Assembly (NCBI RefSeq): GCF_001465295.1
Contig: NZ_CP011034.1
Location: 2,010,001 to 2,042,000 of the forward strand
DNA: 32,000 bases
Reading direction: 5' to 3'
Source of the DNA: Pseudoalteromonas translucida KMM 520
GTDB lineage: Bacteria > Pseudomonadota > Gammaproteobacteria > Enterobacterales > Alteromonadaceae
Shown in pieces: positions 18,550-27,928 of this stretch (the first letter of the stretch is position 1; each line of letters begins with the position of its first letter). The translations under genes were made by a program, and so were the position numbers. Under the pieces are notes generated by a model that worked only from the letters and a program-made list of their open reading frames with translations, was not told the origin of the DNA and made no database searches.

Positions 18550-19716
18550 TTACTGCGGTACTCTTACCACGCCTTCCATAAGCACCCGTGCACTGCGGCT
18601 CATACTGGCTTTAGTTACTTGCCAATTACCATCCGTATTTGTAGCGTGTGCACCTACTTTTAAGGTGCCAGATGGATGACCAAAGTTAACTTCACTCAAT
18701 GCTCCGCCACCAGCAGCTAAATTAACTAACGTACCGTCAATTGCCGCAGCGGTACCAATAGCTACTGCTGCGGTGCCCATCATTGCATGGTGTAATTTAC
18801 CCATAGACATAGCGCGCACTAACAAGTTAATTTCACTGGCGTTAATTTGCTTACCGCTTGACGCTTTATAATCTTGTGCTGCACCAACAAATGCCACTTT
18901 AGGTGTATGTTGGCGTGCTGCTGCCTCATCAATACTTTGTATGAGTCCCATTTTAACCGCGCCATAGGCACGAATGGTTTCAAGCTTTTCAAGCGCTGCT
19001 GCATCTGCGTTTATATCATCTTGCAATTCAGTGCCGGTATAACCAATGTCGCTTGCATTAACAAAAATAGTGGGAATGCCTGCGTTGATCATCGTCGCTT
19101 TTAAAGTACCTACTCCTGGCACTTCTAGATCATCTACCACATTGCCAGTTGGAAATAACGCGCCGTCGCCATCAGCTGGGTCAATAAATTCCAGTTTTAC
19201 TTCAGCTGCTGCAAATGTAACGCCGTCTAGCTCAAAGTCACCGGTTTCTTGTACTTCGCCATTAGTCATAGGTACATGCACTAAAATGCTTTTTTTAATA
19301 TTGGCTTGCCATACACGTACAACAGCAACACCATTATCTGGTACACGGCTTTTATCAACCAAGTCATTACTAATAGCAAAAGCACCGACAGCTGCGGTTA
19401 AATTACCGCAGTTGCCGCTAAAATCAACAAACGCTTTATCTATTGCCACTTGGCCAAATAAATAGTCAACATCGTGATCGGCTTGCTCACTTTTACTTAA
19501 AATAACTGTTTTACTGGTGCTAGATGTAGCACCGCCCATACCATCGGTTTGTTTGCCGTACGGATCTGGGCTGCCAATAACGCGCAGTAATAAGTTATTA
19601 CGTGCCTCACCTGCCACTTGGGCAGGCTTTGGCAAGTTACTAAGGTTAAAAAACACCCCTTTGCTAGTACCGCCACGCATGTATGTGGCAGGTACTTTAA
19701 TTTGTGGTTTAAACAT
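18550..19716 (-). CDS. prpF: 2-methylaconitate isomerase PrpF (AcnD-accessory protein)
   Basis: The true start is probably the ATG at 19716 (MFKPQIKVPATYMRGGTSKGVFF, the PrpF N-terminus). This leaves 14 nt after the acnD stop, whereas the longer track ORF overlaps acnD. Confidence 0.9.
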   Translation of the reverse strand: MFKPQIKVPATYMRGGTSKGVFFNLSNLPKPAQVAGEARNNLLLRVIGSPDPYGKQTDGMGGATSSTSKTVILSKSEQADHDVDYLFGQVAIDKAFVDFSGNCGNLTAAVGAFAISNDLVDKSRVPDNGVAVVRVWQANIKKSILVHVPMTNGEVQETGDFELDGVTFAAAEVKLEFIDPADGDGALFPTGNVVDDLEVPGVGTLKATMINAGIPTIFVNASDIGYTGTELQDDINADAAALEKLETIRAYGAVKMGLIQSIDEAAARQHTPKVAFVGAAQDYKASSGKQINASEINLLVRAMSMGKLHHAMMGTAAVAIGTAAAIDGTLVNLAAGGGALSEVNFGHPSGTLKVGAHATNTDGNWQVTKASMSRSARVLMEGVVRVPQ

Positions 19717-19730
19717 AATTAACCCTGCCC

Positions 19731-22340
19731 CTATGCTGTTTTTGTGGCTTCTAAAAAGTCTTGTGCAAAGCGTTGTAATACACCACCCGCAGCATAAATA
19801 GACAGCTCTTCTTGGGTGTCGATACGACATTTCATTGGTACGTTTAGTACTTCGCCATTTTTACGAGTGATTGACAAGTTAAGTGTGCAACCTGGTGTTG
19901 GTTCACCTGTTACATCGTAACTTTCACTGCCATCTAATTTGAGTGTTTTACGAGTTGTTCCCGCTTTAAACTCTAGCGGTAAAACGCCCATACCCACTAG
20001 GTTAGTACGGTGAATACGTTCAAACCCTTCAGCTGCAATTACTTCAACACCCGCAAGTCTTACACCTTTTGCTGCCCAATCGCGCGACGAGCCTTGGCCA
20101 TAATCTGCGCCAGCCACAATAATAAGTGGTTGCTTACGCTGCATGTATGCTTCGATAGCTTCCCACATGCGAGTATTTTTGCCCTCAGGTTCTATGCGTG
20201 CGTACGAACCTTGTTTAATTTCGCCGCTTTCATCAAGTACCATTTCATTTAGCAGTTTAGGGTTAGCAAACGTAGCGCGCTGCGCTGTTAAATGATCGCC
20301 CCTATGGGTTGCGTATGAGTTAAAATCTTCCTCAGGTACGTTCATTTTTAATAAATATTCACCCGCCGCACTGCTGGCCATTATCGCATTTGAAGGCGAT
20401 AAGTGATCGGTTGTAATGTTATCGCCAAGTACTGCCAGTGCACGCATACCTGTCATGGTGCGCTCGCCAGCTAATGCACCTTCCCAATAAGGAGGTCGGC
20501 GAATATAAGTGCTTTCTGGACGCCATTCGTATAGTGGATCGTTATCTTCACCGTAATCTACGGTTAAGTTAAACATGGGCTCGTATACTTTTCTAAATTG
20601 CTCTGGCTTAACGCTTTGCTTAACTACTGCGTCAATTTCTTCATCCGACGGCCATAAATCTTTAAGCGTAACGTCGTTACCTTGCTGATCTTTACCCAGT
20701 ATATCTTTTTCAATATCAAAACGAATCGTACCGGCAATTGCATAAGCAACAACCAAAGGCGGCGATGCTAAAAAGGCTTGTTTGGCGTAAGGATGAATAC
20801 GGCCGTCAAAGTTACGGTTACCCGACAGTACCGCGGTGGCGTATAAATCGCGATCAATCACTTCTTTTTGAATTGCAGGGTCAAGCGCGCCGCTCATGCC
20901 ATTACAGGTAGTACAAGCAAAACCAACAATACCAAAACCTAGCTGTTCAAGTTCGGTAAGTAAGTTAGCGTCTTCTAGGTACGATTGCACGGCTTTAGAA
21001 CCCGGTGCTAATGAGGTTTTTACCCAAGGTTTACGCGTTAAACCCTTGGCGTTAGCGTTACGCGCAAGTAATGCCGCGGCAATCACGTTGCGTGGGTTAC
21101 TGGTGTTTGTACAACTGGTAATAGCGGCAATAATACACGCGCCATCTGGCATTAAGCCTGCTTCGTTTTCTACTACGCCCGAAATACCTTCTTTAGCTAA
21201 ATCGCTTGTAGATACACGGCGATGTGGATTTGATGGCCCCGCAATGTTGCGCCCCACACTTGATAAATCAAACTTAAGCACGCGATCGTACTGCGCAGTT
21301 TTTAAGCTGTCGCTCCACAGGCCTGTGGTTTTAGCGTAGTTTTCTACCAGCGCAATTTGCTCTTCTTCACGACCCGTTAAACGCAAATAATCTATGGTCA
21401 TATCGTCGATGTAGAACATCGCCGCTGTGGCACCAAATTCAGGCGTCATATTTGAAATAGTGGCGCGATCGCCCAGTGTAAGTGCATCTGCACCTTCACC
21501 GTAAAATTCTAAATACGCTGATACCACACGCTGCGCGCGTAAAAATTCGGTAATAGCCAGTACGATATCGGTAGCGGTAATGCCCGGTTGGCGCTTACCT
21601 GTTAGCTCAACCCCTACTATGTCTGGCAGGCGCATATACGAAGCGCGCCCTAACATTACGCTTTCTGCTTCAAGGCCACCTACACCCACAGCAATAACAC
21701 CCAGTGCATCAACGTGTGGAGTATGGCTGTCTGTACCTACTAAGGTATCTGGGAAGGCAATGCCATCGCGGTTTTGAATTACCGGCGACATTTTTTCAAG
21801 GTTAATTTGATGCATAATGCCGTTACCTGGCGGGATCACATCAATATTTTTAAACGCTGTTTTGGTCCAGTTTATAAAATGGAAACGGTCATCGTTACGT
21901 CTATCTTCTATAGCACGGTTTTTTTCAAATGCATCGGGATCAAACCCTGCATGCTCTACCGACAAAGAGTGATCAACAATTAACTGCGTTGGTACAACTG
22001 GGTTTACTTTAGACGGATCGCCACCTTTAGCCGCAATCGCGTCACGCAGTCCAGCTAAATCAACCAATGCAGTTTGACCCAAAATATCGTGACACACTAC
22101 GCGCGCCGGATACCAAGGAAAATCTAAATCTTGTTTGCGTTCAATCAGTTGATTAAGTGCATCGGTAAGCATTGCTGGATCGCAACGACGCACTAAGTTT
22201 TCGGCAAATACACGTGATGTATAAGGCAATGTTGCATATGCACCTGGTTTAATTGCATCAACAGCTGCTTGGGCATCAAAATAATCAACGTTTGAATTGG
22301 GTAAGGGTTTTCGATATTCAGTATTATTTATTATAGTCAT
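19731..22340 (-). CDS. acnD: Fe/S-dependent 2-methylcitrate (2-methyl-cis-aconitate forming) dehydratase AcnD
   Basis: 869-aa aconitase-family protein with cluster-ligand regions ITSCTNTSNP and GFACTTCNGMSG. It lies between prpC and prpF, as in Shewanella/Vibrio-type prp operons. Confidence 0.92.
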   Translation of the reverse strand: MTIINNTEYRKPLPNSNVDYFDAQAAVDAIKPGAYATLPYTSRVFAENLVRRCDPAMLTDALNQLIERKQDLDFPWYPARVVCHDILGQTALVDLAGLRDAIAAKGGDPSKVNPVVPTQLIVDHSLSVEHAGFDPDAFEKNRAIEDRRNDDRFHFINWTKTAFKNIDVIPPGNGIMHQINLEKMSPVIQNRDGIAFPDTLVGTDSHTPHVDALGVIAVGVGGLEAESVMLGRASYMRLPDIVGVELTGKRQPGITATDIVLAITEFLRAQRVVSAYLEFYGEGADALTLGDRATISNMTPEFGATAAMFYIDDMTIDYLRLTGREEEQIALVENYAKTTGLWSDSLKTAQYDRVLKFDLSSVGRNIAGPSNPHRRVSTSDLAKEGISGVVENEAGLMPDGACIIAAITSCTNTSNPRNVIAAALLARNANAKGLTRKPWVKTSLAPGSKAVQSYLEDANLLTELEQLGFGIVGFACTTCNGMSGALDPAIQKEVIDRDLYATAVLSGNRNFDGRIHPYAKQAFLASPPLVVAYAIAGTIRFDIEKDILGKDQQGNDVTLKDLWPSDEEIDAVVKQSVKPEQFRKVYEPMFNLTVDYGEDNDPLYEWRPESTYIRRPPYWEGALAGERTMTGMRALAVLGDNITTDHLSPSNAIMASSAAGEYLLKMNVPEEDFNSYATHRGDHLTAQRATFANPKLLNEMVLDESGEIKQGSYARIEPEGKNTRMWEAIEAYMQRKQPLIIVAGADYGQGSSRDWAAKGVRLAGVEVIAAEGFERIHRTNLVGMGVLPLEFKAGTTRKTLKLDGSESYDVTGEPTPGCTLNLSITRKNGEVLNVPMKCRIDTQEELSIYAAGGVLQRFAQDFLEATKTA

Positions 22341-22435
22341 TAAAATATTCGCTAATTTGGTGACGGTGGTTGTGCACTACTAGCTTATTTAAGGAGAGAG
22401 TGAAAAGTGATGAGCCTTAAAATAGTGTGCAGCAA

Positions 22436-22466
22436 ATAAAAAAGGTGAGCACTTTACGTGCCCACC
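22436..22466 (-). terminator. Strong intrinsic terminator/attenuator between prpC and acnD
   Basis: On the minus strand, GGTGGGCAC-gtaaa-GTGCTCACC is followed by TTTTTTATTT. It starts 8 nt after the prpC stop. Confidence 0.7.
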
Positions 22467-22474
22467 AAATAATT

Positions 22475-23599
22475 TTAACGTGATTCGATAGGTGTGTAGC
22501 TACGTGCATCTGGCCCAGTGTAATCAGCACTTGGACGAATAATACGGTTATTTTCACGTTGCTCTTTAACGTGTGCGGTCCAACCTGTTACGCGGCTCAT
22601 TACAAATATTGGCGTAAATAATTTAGTCGGAATATCCATAAAGTGATACGCCGATGCGTGGAAGAAATCAGCATTACAAAATAATTTTTTCTCGCGCCAC
22701 ATTACTTCTTCACAACGAACAGACACAGGATAAAGGACATCATCACCTACTTCTGCTGCGAGTTTTTCAGACCACTTTTTAATAATTACGTTACGTGGAT
22801 CTGATTCGCGGTAGATAGCGTGACCAAAGCCCATAATTTTATCTTTACGCTCAAGCATACCCATCACTTCTTGCTCTGCTTGATCTGCGCTGGTGAAGTT
22901 TTCAATCATATCCATTGCCGCTTCGTTAGCACCACCATGTAATGGCCCACGTAACGTACCTATGGCACCGGTTACACACGAATGAATATCAGATAGCGTT
23001 GATGCACACACACGACCAGTAAAGGTTGAGGCATTAAATTCATGCTCTGCGTATAAAATTAGTGACACATTCATAACTTGAGCAAATAGCTCAGACGGGG
23101 CTTTATCATGTAATAAGGTTAAAAAGTGCGCGCCAACTGAGTCGTCATCTGTTTGCGTTTCAATGCGTACGCCATCATGCGTAAAGCGATACCAGTAACA
23201 AATAATACTTGGGAATACTGCAACCATGCGGTCAATCGCATCATTGGCTTCACTAAAATCATTTTCCATTTCAAGGTTACCCAGCATAGAGCAACCTGTG
23301 CGCATTACATCCATTGGGTGTGCGTCTTTTGGAATGTTCTCAAGCACTGTTTTAAGTGCTTGTGGTAAGCCACGTAAGCTTTTTAGCTTAGCTTTGTATT
23401 CTAAAAGCTCACCGGTTGTTGGTAATTCGCCGCGAGATAATAAAAACGATACTTCTTCAAACTGCGCTTTTTCAGCAAGTTCGCTAATATCGTAACCACA
23501 ATAAGTTAAGCCTGAACCTGTTTGGCCTACTGTACATAATGCAGTTTGACCTGCTACTTGTCCGCGTAAACCTGCACCCGCTAATACTTTAGTACTCAT
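22475..23599 (-). CDS. prpC: 2-methylcitrate synthase
   Basis: Citrate-synthase family protein of 374 aa with the signature GFGHAIYRESDPR and LHGGANE. It lies between prpB and acnD. Confidence 0.93.
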   Translation of the reverse strand: MSTKVLAGAGLRGQVAGQTALCTVGQTGSGLTYCGYDISELAEKAQFEEVSFLLSRGELPTTGELLEYKAKLKSLRGLPQALKTVLENIPKDAHPMDVMRTGCSMLGNLEMENDFSEANDAIDRMVAVFPSIICYWYRFTHDGVRIETQTDDDSVGAHFLTLLHDKAPSELFAQVMNVSLILYAEHEFNASTFTGRVCASTLSDIHSCVTGAIGTLRGPLHGGANEAAMDMIENFTSADQAEQEVMGMLERKDKIMGFGHAIYRESDPRNVIIKKWSEKLAAEVGDDVLYPVSVRCEEVMWREKKLFCNADFFHASAYHFMDIPTKLFTPIFVMSRVTGWTAHVKEQRENNRIIRPSADYTGPDARSYTPIESR

Positions 23600-23624
23600 A
23601 ATTTATCTCCTTAAATTGTTATTA

Positions 23625-24497
23625 TTATTTAGTTGATGAAAAAAGGTTGTCTAGGGTATTTTCATAGGTGTGATAATCTAAAAAATCATAAAGCTCAGCA
23701 CGGGTTTGCATATTTTCAATTTGGCTTTGTTGCGAACCTTCATTTAAAATTGAGCTATATACATTATAGGCTGCTTTGTTCATCGCTCTAAATGCGCTTA
23801 ATGGGTAAAGCACCATTTCAACGCCTACATCGCCTAACTGCTCTTTAGTATAAATAGGCGTTTGACCAAACTCAGTAATGTTAGCCAATACAGGAACGTT
23901 AATCGCTTTTGTAAATGCTTGGTAGTCGGCAAGGTCGTGCACGGCTTCTGCAAAAATGGCGTCTGCACCGGCTTCAACACACGCTGCTGCGCGCTCAATA
24001 GCGGCATTTAAACCTTCTTTTTGAAACGCATCGGTACGCGCCATAATGTAAAAGTCACTATCAGTTTTTGCATCTACAGCGGCTTTAATACGGTCAACCA
24101 TTTCACCTTGGCTAACTATTTCTTTATTTGGGCGATGGCCACAACGCTTTTGCGCTACTTGGTCTTCAATATGGAAACCTGCAGCACCCGCTTTAGTCAT
24201 TTCTTTTACTGTACGGGCAATATTAAACGCACCACCCCAACCTGTATCTGCATCTACTAATAAAGGTAAGTCGCTTGCACCGGTAATACGGCGAATATCT
24301 TCAAGCACGTTATCAAGGCTAGTCATACCTAAATCAGGCATACCAAAAGAAGCATTGGCAACACCAGCACCCGATAAGTAAATTGCCTGATGACCCATTT
24401 TTTCAGCCATCATTGCTGTGTACGCATTAATAGTACCCACTATTTGTAATGGGTGATTATTGGCAATAGCCTGTTTAAACTTTGATCCTGCTGACAT
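23625..24497 (-). CDS. prpB: 2-methylisocitrate lyase
   Basis: ICL/PEP-mutase family protein of 290 aa with the active-site loop [15 protein letters not shown] and [10 protein letters not shown]. Confidence 0.93.
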   Translation of the reverse strand: MSAGSKFKQAIANNHPLQIVGTINAYTAMMAEKMGHQAIYLSGAGVANASFGMPDLGMTSLDNVLEDIRRITGASDLPLLVDADTGWGGAFNIARTVKEMTKAGAAGFHIEDQVAQKRCGHRPNKEIVSQGEMVDRIKAAVDAKTDSDFYIMARTDAFQKEGLNAAIERAAACVEAGADAIFAEAVHDLADYQAFTKAINVPVLANITEFGQTPIYTKEQLGDVGVEMVLYPLSAFRAMNKAAYNVYSSILNEGSQQSQIENMQTRAELYDFLDYHTYENTLDNLFSSTK

Positions 24498-24568
24498 TCG
24501 TTTCTCCTAACTTTGAACGGTGGCTGCTCTGGGGCAGTTTTTATATTTTAAATACTAATACGATTTAT

Positions 24569-25267
24569 TTAACTGGCTTTTGTTTGCGCTGCCAGTAAAT
24601 CAAATTTAGTTTGAATATTGGCTTGAGAAGCACTTATGTGGCGCTTCATCAACATTTCGGCTAATTCACCATCGTGGTTTTCAATCGCATTAATAATAGC
24701 TAAATGCTCATCAAATGCTTTTGATACCCGCGGGCCAACCATACCCATTTGTACGCGGTACATTCTTATTAATTGATAAAGGTCGTGGCATAGCAAATGA
24801 ATCAAGTGGGCATTTTTACTGCCTTTTATAATGCGGTAATGAAAATCTAAATCACCCGCTTCTTGATAGTACGACTCGCCTTCTTTTACTCGTTGCGTTT
24901 TTAAATGCTGATTAAGTAATTGCTTTAAACCTTGGACTTCATCGGCTGCCATATTGTCGGCAGCAAGACGACACGCCAAGCCCTCTAAGGCACTGCGTAC
25001 TTGATAAACTTCTATCAAGCGCTCTGCTGTTAACGATACAACTCGGCAACCTATGTTGGCTTTACGCTCAACTAAATAACAGCTTTCTAAACGATTTAAC
25101 GCCTCACGCAGCGTTGCACGGCTCACTCCATAACGCTTTGCCAGCTCTGGCTCAGATATTTTACTGCCTTGTGCTATGCTGCCCTCTACTATTTCTCGGC
25201 GCATATTTACAAATACTTGATCTGATGCGGTTGTAATAGGTGTTTCATTTAACAGGCTTTGCGTCAT
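24569..25267 (-). CDS. GntR-family (FadR/FCD-type) transcriptional regulator, probable propionate/methylcitrate regulator
   Basis: The N-terminal wHTH is SEPELAKRYGVSRATLREALNRLE and the C-terminal domain is helical and FCD-like. It is the first gene of the prpBC-acnD-prpF string. Confidence 0.85.
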   Translation of the reverse strand: MTQSLLNETPITTASDQVFVNMRREIVEGSIAQGSKISEPELAKRYGVSRATLREALNRLESCYLVERKANIGCRVVSLTAERLIEVYQVRSALEGLACRLAADNMAADEVQGLKQLLNQHLKTQRVKEGESYYQEAGDLDFHYRIIKGSKNAHLIHLLCHDLYQLIRMYRVQMGMVGPRVSKAFDEHLAIINAIENHDGELAEMLMKRHISASQANIQTKFDLLAAQTKAS

Positions 25268-25281
25268 AGGTTACTATTAGA

Positions 25282-25291
25282 TTGTCGACAA
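25282..25291. promoter_or_regulatory. Palindrome TTGTCGACAA (candidate GntR-type operator 1)
   Basis: Perfect 10-bp palindrome 15 bp upstream of the GntR regulator ATG. It fits the FadR-subfamily pattern tGT-N-ACa. Confidence 0.5.
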
Positions 25292-25368
25292 TTTATAAAG
25301 CCACTATGAACTCCCTACCACTAAGTGTCAACCCTAAAACAGTATGAAAAATTCAAAAAACACACTTA

Positions 25369-25378
25369 TTGTCGACAT
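25369..25378. promoter_or_regulatory. TTGTCGACAT (candidate GntR-type operator 2)
   Basis: The same TGTCGACA core, in the same intergenic region. Confidence 0.45.
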
Positions 25379-25430
25379 CACCAGCCTAAAGTAAATAATA
25401 ATCTGCTCTAAAATAATAAATAACCCACAA

Positions 25431-25440
25431 GTGTCGACAC
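25431..25440. promoter_or_regulatory. Palindrome GTGTCGACAC (candidate GntR-type operator 3)
   Basis: Perfect 10-bp palindrome with the same TGTCGACA core, 50-90 bp upstream of rsmF. Confidence 0.45.
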
Positions 25441-25490
25441 CAATAAAAAGCAACTTTTTACCCGTTAAGCACTGAAACACACTTTAAGAA

Positions 25491-26978
25491 ATGTTATTAT
25501 TTGTCTTTAATATAACGACTGGCCAAACCGTGGACGCAAATACCTTTATCCCCGAGCACTTTATCGATGATGTAAAAACCTATTTACCTGCACACCTAGA
25601 TATAGACGACTTTATTAATGCTTGCCGGCGGCCACTACGAAAATCTATTCGTGTTAATACCTTAAAAATATCTGTTACTGAGTTTAAGCAATACGCTAAG
25701 CAAAAAAACTGGCTACTCACTCCTATTCCATGGTGCGCGGAAGGTTTTTGGTTAGAGCGCCCTGTTGCAGAAGAGCAGAACCTAGCACTTGGCAATACCG
25801 ACCTTCACCTGAGCGGTGCTATGTATGTACAAGAAGCAAGCTCCATGCTGCCCCCCATAGCACTAAAACAAAGTATAGAGCACACTAATTACGTTCTTGA
25901 TATGGCATCTGCACCTGGTTCTAAAACTTCGCAGCTTGCTGCCCTAATGAATAACCAAGGGGTGTTGGTTGCAAATGAGCTTTCGTCATCACGCTTAAAA
26001 GTACTTAGCGCTACTTTAAAACGCATGGGAGTAGGTAACTGTGCATTATCGCATTTTGATGGGGTGGTTTTTGGTAATTATATGTTTGAGTGCTTTGATA
26101 GCATTTTACTCGATGCCCCCTGCTCTGGCGAAGGCACGGTACGAAAAGATGCAGATGCACTAAAAAATTGGTCTATCGACTCTAATACTGAAATTGCCCA
26201 AGTACAAAAAGATTTAATTAAAAGTGCATTTTATGCTTTAAAGCCCGGTGGAACCTTAGTTTATTCAACCTGTACGCTTACTCCACTTGAAAACCAACAC
26301 GTGTGCGACTTTTTACTCAGTGAATTTGGCGACTGTATAATACCGGAGTCTTTAAGTGATCTATTCCCTGGTGCAAGTGAAGCAACCACAACAGAGGGTT
26401 ATTTACATGTGTGGCCGCAAACTTTCGACAGTGAAGGCTTTTTTATTGCCAAATTCAAAAAGCAAGCAAGTTGCGACAACCCTAATCTAAAAGTCAAAAA
26501 AGGTGCATTTCCGTTTCAGCAATTTGAGAGCAAAAAAAGTGCAGCTTTTATGCAAACACTTAAGCAACAATTTGGCTTAACTACCTTACCGGGCATATTA
26601 ATGCAGCGCGATAAAGAGCTGTGGTTATTTCCGCAGGAGTTTGAGACTGTGCAAAACAAAATTAAATACGCCCGTTTAGGTATTCAACTTGGCGCCATTC
26701 ATAATAACGGCGTGCGTTTATCCCACGAGTTTGCAACCGTATTTGGTAAGCAGTGTAAAAGTAATGTGTTGCCTTTAACCGACACTCAAGCTAACGACTA
26801 CTTTCAGGGTAAGGATATTCGCTTAGCGGATGTAAGCCAAAATACGGGAGAGGTTATTTTAACTTTATGCGACTGCCCGATTGGCTTAGGTAAATGGCAA
26901 AAAAATAAAGTTAAAAACTCACTCCCACGGGATCTAGTACAAAATACTCAGCTAATAACATGGGTACAAAGCAATTAA
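25491..26978 (+). CDS. rsmF: 16S rRNA (cytosine1407-C5)-methyltransferase RsmF/YebU
   Basis: Collinear with E. coli RsmF as I recall it ([62 protein letters not shown]-terminal domain ...KNSLPRDLV). The start could be the ATG at 25491 or the in-frame GTG at 25530. Confidence 0.88.
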   Translation: MLLFVFNITTGQTVDANTFIPEHFIDDVKTYLPAHLDIDDFINACRRPLRKSIRVNTLKISVTEFKQYAKQKNWLLTPIPWCAEGFWLERPVAEEQNLALGNTDLHLSGAMYVQEASSMLPPIALKQSIEHTNYVLDMASAPGSKTSQLAALMNNQGVLVANELSSSRLKVLSATLKRMGVGNCALSHFDGVVFGNYMFECFDSILLDAPCSGEGTVRKDADALKNWSIDSNTEIAQVQKDLIKSAFYALKPGGTLVYSTCTLTPLENQHVCDFLLSEFGDCIIPESLSDLFPGASEATTTEGYLHVWPQTFDSEGFFIAKFKKQASCDNPNLKVKKGAFPFQQFESKKSAAFMQTLKQQFGLTTLPGILMQRDKELWLFPQEFETVQNKIKYARLGIQLGAIHNNGVRLSHEFATVFGKQCKSNVLPLTDTQANDYFQGKDIRLADVSQNTGEVILTLCDCPIGLGKWQKNKVKNSLPRDLVQNTQLITWVQSN

Positions 26979-27177
26979 ACTGCGTTTAATGTAAAAATGT
27001 GAGTATTAAAACATAGATAGATTTTTGAATGTGACTGGGTTTTTAAAGTACCTAAATTCAGATAATAAATGTGCGGTTTTAATCATGTTAGCTATACTTA
27101 TATGTACTTTCTTCTTCTCCCTATAATCAAGAAAGCGTCTTCAGTTAACGTAAGGCTCAACTAAGAGTCATTTTATA

Positions 27178-27210
27178 GCCCAGAGTTTTATAACTCTGGG
27201 CATTTTTATT
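27178..27210 (+). terminator. Strong plus-strand intrinsic terminator about 200 nt beyond rsmF
   Basis: GCCCAGAGTT-ttat-AACTCTGGGC forms a 10-bp stem followed by ATTTTTATTT. On the minus strand the stem is followed by an A-rich tract, so it is oriented for plus-strand transcripts. Confidence 0.7.
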
Positions 27211-27928
27211 TGCTATTACCACAATGCTTTTTAAATATATAACTTTTGCGAACAGAATCGAAATCGCCACCAAATTGTAACGATAAGCACAATATGGTTA
27301 AGCTATTACTTTGTTTTGCAATATCAAAAACTTGATTGAATTTATAGCCATATTTTACTGCTAACTTCAATTCGTTAACATATAAAGCTTTGTATTGTGG
27401 AGTTAGTTGCGACCAATGAATCAACGCTATTTGAATAATACCTAAGTGCACATCAAGCTTATAAGGGCCTACTTTTTTTGCTTGTTGAATATAGTCATAA
27501 ACCTGCTTTGTGGGCCCATCTTGATAACTCACCACTTGCGCCAATGCTATCCAAGTTTCTGCCCATGTTTGCCTTAATTCAATAGACTTTAAAAGCGCTT
27601 GTTCGGCCTGTTGGTAAGCCTGCTTATGTGTAGGGGCATTAATTACAGCCGTCTGATTTAAAATACTTACTGATAATATTTTTATATACGCATTCAAGTG
27701 CCAATAATGAGGATGGCTTGGCTCAAATTTGGTAGCTAAAGTAATAGCTTTTTCGGCCTGCTTTAATTCTGAGCGCTTAATTGGAGAGGATAGCTGTTGC
27801 AGCGTATTTCGAGCATTAAAATACCAAGCATTGGCACGTATGCTTTGTATACTGTAATAGGCAATCAACAAGGTTATAAGCGCTAAAAAAATGATAGGGA
27901 TTAACCTATTTAATTTAAAATTAATCAC
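27206..27928 (-). CDS. Membrane-anchored hypothetical protein with TPR-like helical repeats (last gene of the polysaccharide locus)
   Basis: One N-terminal TM helix (LIPIIFLALITLLIAYY) followed by helical repeat-like sequence (AEKAITLATKFEPSHPHYWHLNAY, AEQALLKSIELRQTWAETWIALAQV). The start overlaps the phosphatase gene end by 8 nt. Confidence 0.6.
   Translation of the reverse strand: MINFKLNRLIPIIFLALITLLIAYYSIQSIRANAWYFNARNTLQQLSSPIKRSELKQAEKAITLATKFEPSHPHYWHLNAYIKILSVSILNQTAVINAPTHKQAYQQAEQALLKSIELRQTWAETWIALAQVVSYQDGPTKQVYDYIQQAKKVGPYKLDVHLGIIQIALIHWSQLTPQYKALYVNELKLAVKYGYKFNQVFDIAKQSNSLTILCLSLQFGGDFDSVRKSYIFKKHCGNSK

Noticed and set aside
19717-19830. 38-codon N-terminal extension of prpF overlapping the acnD 3' end
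   Set aside because: The extension (MSYRHPRRAVYLCCGW...) is unlike PrpF proteins and overlaps acnD by 100 nt. The ATG at 19716 gives the canonical MFKPQIKVPATYMRGGTSKGVFF start.
3874-23495. Many antisense or out-of-frame ORFs of 61-147 aa in the track. Examples are 3874-4074, 6380-6685, 7519-7725, 8169-8423, 9670-9861, 10620-10881, 12958-13211, 13506-13724, 14467-14712, 15395-15946, 16501-16704, 17580-18002, 18819-19801, 20010-21983, 23153-23495, 24021-24260, 25580-25795 and 29389-29688.
   Set aside because: Each lies wholly inside a confidently assigned gene on the other strand or frame. None has recognisable motifs and their compositions are biased. I treat them as shadow ORFs and not as overlapping genes.
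27085-27126. 13-codon hydrophobic mini-ORF (MLAILICTFFFSL) in the rsmF downstream region, considered as a type I toxin-like peptide
   Set aside because: It has no RBS, is too short, and shows no antisense partner structure. It cannot be supported from the sequence alone.
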